Source of the DNA: Actinomycetota bacterium
GTDB lineage: Bacteria > Actinomycetota > Actinomycetes > S36-B12 > CAIYMF01
DNA length: 64,000 nucleotides
Direction: 5' to 3'
Assembly (NCBI GenBank): GCA_020161245.1
Contig: JAIUOK010000020.1
Coordinates: 4,325-68,324 of the forward strand
Below the pieces are notes generated by a model. That model saw nothing but the letters and a program-made list of their open reading frames with translations, was not told where the DNA came from and searched no databases. Positions within the stretch are counted from its first letter, which is position 1. Each line of letters starts with the position of its first letter. The position numbers and the translations under genes are program-made. Positions 27,204 to 35,296 of the stretch are shown piece by piece.

Positions 27204-28228
27204 CCCACGACCAGGCGGGCGGCCAGCCGGTCGCACACCCTGGCCAGGCGGGTCCGCGAGAGGCCGGGAGGGTCGCCGCGGTCGAGTGCGGCGACCAGGC
27301 GGGAGTCGTGCGGCAGCTCGGCCGCGACCGGCAGGCCGAGCCACTGCTCGAGCGCCTCGCCGTCGAGCGAGGCCCCTGGCAGGCGCCGCACCACCAGTTC
27401 GAGCGGCGCTCCGTCGAGGCGCGAGGCGAGGCGGCGCGCCGACGTCGCGCCGCGCACGTCGCCGACCGCCACCAGCAGCACCACGTCGCAGACGGGGACG
27501 GCGGCGTCGAGGATCTCTGCCCGGCCGCGCGGGAGGTCGACCACGACGAGCCCGAAGCCGCTGCGCGCGGCGCCGGCCACGGCGCCGACCGCCGCCGGGC
27601 CGGGTCCGGCGAGGTCGGCGCGCGACGACGCCAGCACGTGCACGCCGGAGGCGAGCGGCAGCGCCTGCCGTAGCGTGGCGGGGTCGACCCCCGCCCCTGA
27701 GGCGCCGAGCTCGGGCCAGCGGGCGCCCGGCTCCTCCTCCGCGCCGAGGACGAGGTCGGCGCCGGGGCCGTCGGGGTCGGCGTCCACGAGCAGCACCGGG
27801 CCGCGTCGGGCCGCGGCTACGCTGAGGCCGGCCGCGAGCACGCTGGCGCCCGCTCCCCCGCTGCCGCCGACGACCCCGACGACCGGAGCCGCCGTCGCGC
27901 CGGGCGCGGGCCGCGACAGCCGGGCGAGGAGCAGGCCCTCCTCGTCGGGCAGCCGCACCACGGCCTCGGCGCCGAGCGCGAGCACCTGCGACCACGGCAC
28001 GTCGTCGGTGCCGGTGGTCACCACCACCACGTCGGGCCGGCGTCCGAGCCCGGCGTCCAGGCAGGCATGGACGGCGGAGTCGCACACGAGCACGTCGTCG
28101 GCTCCGCGCCAGCGCGAGCGCGCCTCGCGCGCGGTGCCCACCACCTCCACCTCGCGGCCCGCTGCCGCTGCCGCACGCAGCACGAGAGGTGTCGTCTCGG
28201 GGTCGTCGCCCACCAGCACGGTCGTCAC
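27200..28228 (-). CDS. ssd: Septum site-determining protein Ssd (CpaE/TadZ-like)
   Basis: VGGSGGAGAS deviant Walker A, LVDADP.G, VVVDLPR; first gene of the tad operon. Confidence 0.85.
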   Translation of the reverse strand: MTTVLVGDDPETTPLVLRAAAAAGREVEVVGTAREARSRWRGADDVLVCDSAVHACLDAGLGRRPDVVVVTTGTDDVPWSQVLALGAEAVVRLPDEEGLLLARLSRPAPGATAAPVVGVVGGSGGAGASVLAAGLSVAAARRGPVLLVDADPDGPGADLVLGAEEEPGARWPELGASGAGVDPATLRQALPLASGVHVLASSRADLAGPGPAAVGAVAGAARSGFGLVVVDLPRGRAEILDAAVPVCDVVLLVAVGDVRGATSARRLASRLDGAPLELVVRRLPGASLDGEALEQWLGLPVAAELPHDSRLVAALDRGDPPGLSRTRLARVCDRLAARLVVG

Positions 28229-28281
28229 GCCGCCGACCGTCGGCCCCGGCACCCACCGCGGGGACGGCCGGGAGCGCGGCC

Positions 28282-28316
28282 CTGTGGACGACGCGCGAGG
28301 ACGGGCGGCTGTGGAC
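28282..28316 (-). promoter_or_regulatory. Paired GTCCACAG motifs upstream of ssd-tadABC
   Basis: CTGTGGAC at 28282-89 and 28309-16 on +, 27 bp apart. Confidence 0.45.
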
Positions 28317-28360
28317 GGAGCCCGGCGGTCGGCGTCGCGGGCGCCGCCTACGATCGGGGC

Positions 28361-29170
28361 ATGACGCGCAGTGCCGCCTTCTTCGACCTCGACAAGACGA
28401 TCCTCGCGAAGTCGAGCTCGCTGGCGTTCGCGCGGCCGTTCTACAAGGGCGGGCTGCTCGGGCGGGCCGACGTCCTCAAGAGCGCCTACGCGCAGTTCAC
28501 CTACGTGGCCTCCGGCGCCGACCACGACCAGCTCGAGTACATGCGCAAGTACATGTCGGCGCTGGTCACGGGCTGGGACGTCGAGAGCGTGAAGCGCATC
28601 GTGTCCGAGACCCTCGACGACATCGTCGACCCGATGGTCTACGAGGAGGCGGTCGACCTCATCGCGCACCACAAGGAGGAGGGCCGCGACGTCATCATCA
28701 TCAGCTCGTCGGGCACCGAGGTGGTCGAGCCGATCGGCGAGCGCCTCGGCGTCGACCGCGCGATCGGCACGCAGATCGCGATCGACGACGAGGGCCGCTA
28801 CACCGGCGAGATCGTGTTCTACGCCTACGGGCAGGGCAAGGCCGACGCGATGGTCGCCCTCGCCGAGGAGAACGGCTACGACCTCGCCGAGTGCTACGCC
28901 TACAGCGACTCGATGACCGACCTGCCCATGCTCGACGTCGTCGGCCACCCGGTCGCGGTCAACCCCGACGCGCCACTGCGCAAGGTGGCGGTCGAGCGCG
29001 AGTGGCCGATCCTCGACTTCGCCCGGCCCGTGGCGATGCCGACCATGCGCCAGCGGCTCACCGAGCTCAACAACGAGCGCAACCGCCGCACGGCGCTGCG
29101 CGTCGGCGCCGCGACCGTGGCGCTCGGTATCGCCTGGTACGCGGCCCGGCGCCGCGGCTCGTCGCTCTAG
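28361..29170 (+). CDS. HAD-IB family hydrolase (Rv3661-like)
   Basis: FFDLDKT, SSS, GKA, AYSDS.TD.PML..VG.P..VNPD; TACGAT 6 nt before ATG. Confidence 0.92.
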   Translation: MTRSAAFFDLDKTILAKSSSLAFARPFYKGGLLGRADVLKSAYAQFTYVASGADHDQLEYMRKYMSALVTGWDVESVKRIVSETLDDIVDPMVYEEAVDLIAHHKEEGRDVIIISSSGTEVVEPIGERLGVDRAIGTQIAIDDEGRYTGEIVFYAYGQGKADAMVALAEENGYDLAECYAYSDSMTDLPMLDVVGHPVAVNPDAPLRKVAVEREWPILDFARPVAMPTMRQRLTELNNERNRRTALRVGAATVALGIAWYAARRRGSSL

Positions 29171-29308
29171 CGCCGGGCAGCCGCCCAGACGCCCAGACGC
29201 ACCACCGCCCGGCGACTCGCGGGCGCAAACCCCTGGCGCGGGCGGGCCTCCGGGCGGACCATCGGGTCCCAGCAGGCACCCCGCCTGCGGCGATCCCAGG
29301 AGCCAGCC

Positions 29309-30802
29309 GTGGCCGAGCCGTCCGACGTGCGCGCGCGCCGCCGCGCGGCGGACGCCCACGGCGCCTGGCACGGCGACCCGCTCGACGGCCGGCTCGACCT
29401 CGACCGCCTCGACGACCCGCTCGACCCCTACGGCAGCGAGCCCCTCGACCTCGACGTCGTCGGCGACGACAGCCCGCTCCTCGCCGAGCGCCTGCGCACC
29501 TGGATGGAGGGACGCGGGGTCCTCGTGTGGCTGCGGACCCACCGGCCGGTGGTGGCGGTCGTCGTCGCACTGGCGGCGCTCGGCCTCGTGGCGGCGGGAG
29601 GCTGGTGGCTGGCCCGGCCCGCCTACCTCGCCGACGAGGCGCGCGTCGAGGTGACGACCAGCGGCCAGGAGCCGGCCCGCCTCATCGTCGATCCGGCCAC
29701 CGGCCACATCACCGGCATCACCCAGCTCGTCCTGCTGTCGTCGGCGGAGACGCCGACGGTCACGGTCGATGCGCTCGGCGTCGTCGGCCCCGGACTGTCG
29801 CGGCCCACCGCGCGCATCCCGTCGTCGGTCGCGGGCGCGCCGACCACCGGCGCAGTGGCCGCCGACGTCTCGTGCGACCGGCCCGAGGAGACCGACGCCG
29901 TCGTGACGTCGCGCGCGGCGGACTACCGCGTGCGCGTGCAGCGCACCGACTCGGCCACCGGCGAGCAGCGGATCGACACCGTGCCGCTCGAGGGGGCCGA
30001 GGAGTGGCTGCGCGACGTGCGACGCGCGTGCGTGCAGATCGCCGCCGACCGCGACCTCGAGGTGCGGGCCGTCGACGCCGCGCAGGTCGAGGGCTCGGTG
30101 GCCGCCGACATCCGGATGCTGGTGCGCAACAGCGCCGACCGGCCCTGGCGCTCGGTACGCGTGTCGACGCTGGGCGCGCCCACCGTCGTCGCCGCGACTC
30201 CGGACATCGATATCCCCGCCGGCTCCGAGGAGTGGGTGACCGTACGGCTGTGGCCCGACGACTGCAGCGACCCCGTGCGCCCGCTCGCGCAGGGAGTGCC
30301 GCTGCGCGCCGCGCTGGAGGACGGCATCGCCGTCACCGAGTCGCGCGCCCCCACGTTCTACCTGCCGCTGACCAACGGGCTCGACACGGTGGCGGATGCC
30401 CTGCGCACCACCTGCACCGCCGAGCCGCCGACGGCGACGATCACCAAGGCCCGTGTCTCGGGGTCGTCGATCCAGGACGGCTCCGGCACCATCGACATCT
30501 GGATCGACCTGGCGGTGCCGTCGGGCGGGGTGGTCGAGGTGCAGCAGCCGCTGGCCGACAGGGCAGGCGTGGTGACGCCGTTCGAGGACGTCGTGCCGGT
30601 CGGCGCCGACGGCATCGCGCAGGTGCGCGTGCAGTGGGAGGTGCCGGGCTGCTTCGCGATGCTGCAGGCCGGCCCGCCGGTGCTCAGCGTGCGGGTCGCG
30701 TCGGACCTGCGCCGCCCCTACCGCCTGCCGCTCACGGGCGAGTCGATGCGCACCAACCTGGCCCGGCTGTGCGGGACCACCGCCGGCAGCGTCGTCGCCT
30801 GA
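29309..30802 (+). CDS. Array paralog 1: single-pass membrane protein with 6-Cys ectodomain
   Basis: DGRLDLD, TM near aa 80-100, GVVGPGL, six Cys; AGGAG SD. Confidence 0.85.
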   Translation: MAEPSDVRARRRAADAHGAWHGDPLDGRLDLDRLDDPLDPYGSEPLDLDVVGDDSPLLAERLRTWMEGRGVLVWLRTHRPVVAVVVALAALGLVAAGGWWLARPAYLADEARVEVTTSGQEPARLIVDPATGHITGITQLVLLSSAETPTVTVDALGVVGPGLSRPTARIPSSVAGAPTTGAVAADVSCDRPEETDAVVTSRAADYRVRVQRTDSATGEQRIDTVPLEGAEEWLRDVRRACVQIAADRDLEVRAVDAAQVEGSVAADIRMLVRNSADRPWRSVRVSTLGAPTVVAATPDIDIPAGSEEWVTVRLWPDDCSDPVRPLAQGVPLRAALEDGIAVTESRAPTFYLPLTNGLDTVADALRTTCTAEPPTATITKARVSGSSIQDGSGTIDIWIDLAVPSGGVVEVQQPLADRAGVVTPFEDVVPVGADGIAQVRVQWEVPGCFAMLQAGPPVLSVRVASDLRRPYRLPLTGESMRTNLARLCGTTAGSVVA

Positions 30803-30852
30803 CCGGTCCGCCTCCCCTCGCGCTCGGACCCGGGTCGGCCTACCGTCGGCGC

Positions 30853-30888
30853 ATGGCGGTTCCGGAGGTCGCGGGGCCGAGCCGATGA
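30853..30888 (+). CDS. 11-codon upstream ORF (MAVPEVAGPSR) overlapping the paralog 2 start
   Basis: TACCGT 6 nt before ATG 30853; stop overlaps the next ATG (ATGA). Confidence 0.35.
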   Translation: MAVPEVAGPSR

Positions 30889-32321
30889 CGCCGGACGACG
30901 GGCGCCTCGAGCTCGACGACGACGGCCGCGTCCTCGACGCGGCCGGACCCGTGCGCGCTCTCGATCTGCACGACCCCGATGCTGCCGACGATCTGGCGAC
31001 CAGCGGAGTGCAGCGCTGGGTCGACTCCACCGCACGCCCCTTCCTGCAGCGCCGCCGGCGCCCGCTGGCCGTCGCGGCGGCCGTCGCCGTCGCAGCGGCG
31101 GGGGCCGGTCTCTGGGCCGCGACCCGCCCTCCCTACGTGCCACCCCCGCTGCCCGTCTCCCTCGCATCGGCGTCGAGCCCGGTCGTCGACGACGCAGGGA
31201 GGCTGACCTGGTCGCTCGCCGTGCAGCCGCTCACCTCGCCGGATCCCGCCGTCCTCAGCGGCCTCGTCGGGCCCGGGCTGTTCGACGGCGCCGTGACGCA
31301 GAGCGGTGCGACGGCGGTCGCCGCTGCGACGGTCGACTGCACGGATCCGGCCCTGCCGTCCGCCGCTGCTGGCGCCTACTCCGTGACGGGCCGTGCGGGC
31401 GAGGTGGAAGGGGCGCTCCCCACCCCGCCGGCGGCATGGCCGCGCACCGGGCTGGCCCGGGTGCTGGCCGACTGGTGCATGTCGCAGTCGGCCACAACGG
31501 CTGTCGAGGTGGCGCTCAGCAGCGTGACACCTCTGCCCGGGACGACGCTGGCCGATGTGGGGCTCGATGTGCGCAACGCGTCCCCGCTCCCGCTCATCAT
31601 CGCGACCCGGCGCACGGCCTCCGGCTCCATCGCGGTCGACCGGTCCCCGGCTCTCGCACTCGCGCCGGGAGGGACGGGCCGGCTGACCACCCGGCTCGAC
31701 GTGCACGACTGCTCGGTCGCCCCGGCGCTGACCCCGCTCGGCGCCCTGCCCAACCCCTCGGCGGAGGACTCCGGCGCCCCTGGCGTCGCGCTGGCGCTCA
31801 GCTTCCGCGACGCCGCGCGCACGGCGTCGTTCCCCGTGCTCGGGGGCGAGCGCATCGCGTCGTCCCTGGGCCCGGCCGTCTGCGACGGCACGGCGCCGCC
31901 CGAGGTGTCTGTGTCCGATGTGAGGGCTGCCCGCGCCGGCAGCGGCTGGACGGCCGAGGCCATCCTGCGCGTCCGCACGACGGGTATCGGCATCGGGATC
32001 GCGGAGGTGGGGTTCGCCGGGCCGCCGGCGGGAGAGGGCTCCCGGGTCGAGGTCAGCACCGGCCTCGACCGGGGCTGGGCGGCCGAGCCCACCTCGCTGG
32101 AAGGCGGTGCCGGCCTCCTCCCGAGCCTGTATGTGTCGCCGAGCTGCGACGAGGTGGCGGGCATGTCGCCGGCGCCGCTGCCCGTGCGCGTGACGATGCC
32201 CGACCGCACGGTCGTCCCGTTCCGTGTTCTCGTCGACGATGTGCGGGTTCTGCGCGCGGCGGCCCAGGCATGCGGCACCGACGTCGACCCCGCCCGGGCG
32301 CAGGCCCTCGGCTGGCGCTGA
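30885..32321 (+). CDS. Array paralog 2
   Basis: DDGRLELD, TM, GLVGPGL, six Cys. Confidence 0.85.
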   Translation: MTPDDGRLELDDDGRVLDAAGPVRALDLHDPDAADDLATSGVQRWVDSTARPFLQRRRRPLAVAAAVAVAAAGAGLWAATRPPYVPPPLPVSLASASSPVVDDAGRLTWSLAVQPLTSPDPAVLSGLVGPGLFDGAVTQSGATAVAAATVDCTDPALPSAAAGAYSVTGRAGEVEGALPTPPAAWPRTGLARVLADWCMSQSATTAVEVALSSVTPLPGTTLADVGLDVRNASPLPLIIATRRTASGSIAVDRSPALALAPGGTGRLTTRLDVHDCSVAPALTPLGALPNPSAEDSGAPGVALALSFRDAARTASFPVLGGERIASSLGPAVCDGTAPPEVSVSDVRAARAGSGWTAEAILRVRTTGIGIGIAEVGFAGPPAGEGSRVEVSTGLDRGWAAEPTSLEGGAGLLPSLYVSPSCDEVAGMSPAPLPVRVTMPDRTVVPFRVLVDDVRVLRAAAQACGTDVDPARAQALGWR

Positions 32322-32337
32322 GCCGGGGACGGCCGGC

Positions 32338-33711
32338 ATGGGCGGCAGCGGCGACGGACGGCTCGAGCTCGACGAGCTCGGGCAGGCGGTGGAGTCGGCG
32401 ACCGAGCTCGACGTCGTCGGCGAGGACCATCCCGACGATCCGACGTGGGGCGAGCGGTTCGCCGGGTCGCGGGCCGGGCGCTGGTGGGCGGCCCACCCGT
32501 GGGTGCGCCGGTCGGCCCTCGGCATCGCCGTGGCGGCCGTGATCGGCCTCGCGCTGTCGTGGACGGGCCAGGCGCCGCCGGACGACCTCGAGGTGGTGGC
32601 GACCGTCGAGTCCGACGGTCGCCAGGTGGGCACGGACCTCGTCGGCGGCACGGTGCAGGCAGGCTTCGTCGTGACCGGCGTCCGCCCCGGCGACGACGTC
32701 ACCGTGAAGGCCGTGGTGGGGCCGGGCCTGCGCTCGGCGACGTCGCGCGATCTCGGTGGCGGCCGTGTGCTGGTGCAGGCCGCGCTCGACTGCTCGGAGG
32801 CCGACGCCCTCGATGCCCCGGCCGACAGGTACGGCCTGCGGGTGTCGCGCACCGACCAGTGGGGCCGCACCGTCGTGGAGTCGCGGCCGCTGCCCGAGGG
32901 CGCGGACTGGTCGGGTGCGGTGCACGAGGCCTGCTGGGCCACCACCGGCGAGCAGGCGCTGTCGGTCGACGAGGTCGAGGTCGTGGTGGGCCCGGCGTAC
33001 GCGATGGTGCGGCTGTCGATCGCCATCACCAGCACTCTGCCGGCCGACGCGCTCGTGCAGGCGCTGCCCGTCGACGACGGGGAGGTCGCCGTCGTCCTCG
33101 TCGACTCCGCCAGCCTCGCGGCGGGCGGCAGCGTCGTTCTCGACGTGCCTCTGCGCGTGCGGTCGTGCGACAGCCCGCAGGTGCCGCGCTGGGCATCCAC
33201 GGACGATGTCAGCGGCGGCTACTCCGCGCTCGAGCCCGGGCTGCAGCTCGATGTCACGCTGCCCGGCAGCGGGGAGAGCCGCCTCACCGCCATCCGCTTC
33301 GACGACGCCCAGGCGCGGGCGATCCAGGAGGGCCTCGACCAGGTGTGCGACGGCGTCCCGCGCACGACGATCTCGCTGGTCGACGTCGGCCGCGCGCAGC
33401 TGTCGGGCGCCGTGGTGCTCATGCCCGTCGTGCTCGATGTGCGCTCCGACGGCCTGGCGCGACGCCTCCTCGTCGAGTCCGAGGACCTGTTCGGCGAGGC
33501 GATCCCGAAGCCCGTCGGCCGCGGCGGCAGGGTCGAGGGCACCTGGGCGTTCTTCTGCCAGGAGTCGGTGTCGCCGATGACGGTGTCGCTGCAGGTGAAC
33601 GCCGACGGCCGCGACTACCCGTGGCGGTGGGCCTCGCAGGATCCTCGCCTCGTGCGCGAGGTGCAGCGGGTGTGCCCGGGCGCGCAGGCCCCGACCACGT
33701 TCGTGTCCTGA
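32338..33711 (+). CDS. Array paralog 3
   Basis: Start re-called at ATG 32338; DGRLELDELG, PTWGER, TM, AVVGPGL, TDQWGR, six Cys. Confidence 0.85.
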   Translation: MGGSGDGRLELDELGQAVESATELDVVGEDHPDDPTWGERFAGSRAGRWWAAHPWVRRSALGIAVAAVIGLALSWTGQAPPDDLEVVATVESDGRQVGTDLVGGTVQAGFVVTGVRPGDDVTVKAVVGPGLRSATSRDLGGGRVLVQAALDCSEADALDAPADRYGLRVSRTDQWGRTVVESRPLPEGADWSGAVHEACWATTGEQALSVDEVEVVVGPAYAMVRLSIAITSTLPADALVQALPVDDGEVAVVLVDSASLAAGGSVVLDVPLRVRSCDSPQVPRWASTDDVSGGYSALEPGLQLDVTLPGSGESRLTAIRFDDAQARAIQEGLDQVCDGVPRTTISLVDVGRAQLSGAVVLMPVVLDVRSDGLARRLLVESEDLFGEAIPKPVGRGGRVEGTWAFFCQESVSPMTVSLQVNADGRDYPWRWASQDPRLVREVQRVCPGAQAPTTFVS

Positions 33712-33753
33712 TCGTGCTCGGACGCGTACCCGCCGGCTCGTACGCTGCCAGGC

Positions 33754-35232
33754 ATGGGGGACCGCGACGGCCGGCTCGAGCTCGATGAGCTCGGCGGCGT
33801 CATCGACACGGCGGAGCGGCTCGACGCCGTCCCGGCCCCGGACCTGCTCGAGGGCGGCGAGGACCACCCGACGTGGGGCGAGCGCGCTCGCGGATCGCGC
33901 GCGTTCGCCTGGGCCGCAGCGCATCGCGGCTGGATGACGGCGGGCGCCGTCGCGGCCGTGGCGGCGGTGGTCGTCCCCGCCGTCGTCGTGGCCAACCGGC
34001 CGCCCGACCCCGACCCCACCATCGACGTCAGTGTCATGTCGCTCACCGACGAGGCCAACGGCAACCCCGGGGTCACCGGCTACGGCGGCGGCCTGTTCGG
34101 GTCGGTCTACCAGGTCACGTCGCTGGAGGAGGGCTGGAGCGGCCTGCGCATCGACGGGATCAGCGGTCCGGGGATCCGCACCTCGCGCTCGGAGCAGGTC
34201 CCGTCGCCCACGTCGGACCTGCCGCGGTTCCGGGTGGCGGCGGCTGCCGGCTGCGACTCCCCGGCGTACGACGGCTTCTTCCGCGGCGACTACGTGCTCC
34301 ACCTGAGCGCGACCGACGCCTACGGACGACCGGCGACCGCGACGGTCGACGCACCACTGCCGGCGTACGGGGGATGGAGCGAGACGGTCGGCCAGTGGTG
34401 CTGGGAGAAGGTGCCGGCGAGCCTGGGGATCGACGTGCAGTCCGTTCGCGGCGACCGCGCCCTGGCGGAGATCGAGGTCGCCGTCGAGGTCGCGAACCCG
34501 AACCCGTTCTCGCTGTGGGTGTCCAACGCCTACGCCGACAGCGCCTGGCTCGCGCAGAGCCCCGCCGACGTGCCGCGGCCCGTCGAAGCCCGCTCCACCG
34601 CCGTGCTGCCGATTCGCCTGGCTGTGACCGACTGCCGCGCCGGCGACGACGGCGTCTGGGTCGAGGTGCTGCAGGGCGACGCGTCGACCGTGCGCCGGCC
34701 CGGCATCGGCAGCTACATCACGACGTCGGAGCAGCGCTTCGGCGCCCAGCTGCCGGTGCTCTTCGAGCCGGGTGCGGTGGCAGAGCTCGACGCTGCGCGT
34801 CGGACGGTCTGCCGGGGCGTGCCGGCGATCGGCCTCCAGTCGCTCGACGCCGTCCCGGCGACAGCGCCCGACCCGGCCACCGGCCTCTACCCCCTTGCGC
34901 TGAGGATCCGGCTGGGCTCGGTCACCGGCACCGAGCGGCTCACCGCGGACGTCGTCGACGACACGCTGGGCTGGCGCGGCACGACGCCGACGACCACCGA
35001 GGTCGTGGCCGACGGCTCCGTGCAGGACGTGGTCTGGGACGTCGACTGCGGCTACGTGCCGTCGCCGCCCGTGCTGCGCCTGCGCTCCGAGTCCGGCGCC
35101 CCGCGGCCGCAGCTGCTCGACCTCGGCATCGAGCCGCTGCGCTCGGCCCTCGTGCAGACCTGCCCCGGCTTCCTGGACGGCGACCTCGTGACCATGGGCT
35201 GGGGATCTGCGGCCGACCGCGCGAGCGGCTGA
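33754..35232 (+). CDS. Array paralog 4
   Basis: DGRLELDELGGVI, PTWGER, TM, GISGPGI, TDAYGR, six Cys. Confidence 0.87.
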   Translation: MGDRDGRLELDELGGVIDTAERLDAVPAPDLLEGGEDHPTWGERARGSRAFAWAAAHRGWMTAGAVAAVAAVVVPAVVVANRPPDPDPTIDVSVMSLTDEANGNPGVTGYGGGLFGSVYQVTSLEEGWSGLRIDGISGPGIRTSRSEQVPSPTSDLPRFRVAAAAGCDSPAYDGFFRGDYVLHLSATDAYGRPATATVDAPLPAYGGWSETVGQWCWEKVPASLGIDVQSVRGDRALAEIEVAVEVANPNPFSLWVSNAYADSAWLAQSPADVPRPVEARSTAVLPIRLAVTDCRAGDDGVWVEVLQGDASTVRRPGIGSYITTSEQRFGAQLPVLFEPGAVAELDAARRTVCRGVPAIGLQSLDAVPATAPDPATGLYPLALRIRLGSVTGTERLTADVVDDTLGWRGTTPTTTEVVADGSVQDVVWDVDCGYVPSPPVLRLRSESGAPRPQLLDLGIEPLRSALVQTCPGFLDGDLVTMGWGSAADRASG

Positions 35233-35296
35233 CCAGAGCACGCGGTCGCCCCGGATCGGCGCGTCAGGATCGGAGCCTCCGCCTACGCTGCGGGGC

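Noticed and set aside
19805-28228. Non-canonical ATP-binding motifs in the anti-sigma factor (no N-box Asn) and Ssd (no Walker A Lys)
   Set aside because: As recalled, these are normal features of the SCO3548-like and Ssd families, not signs of pseudogenisation.
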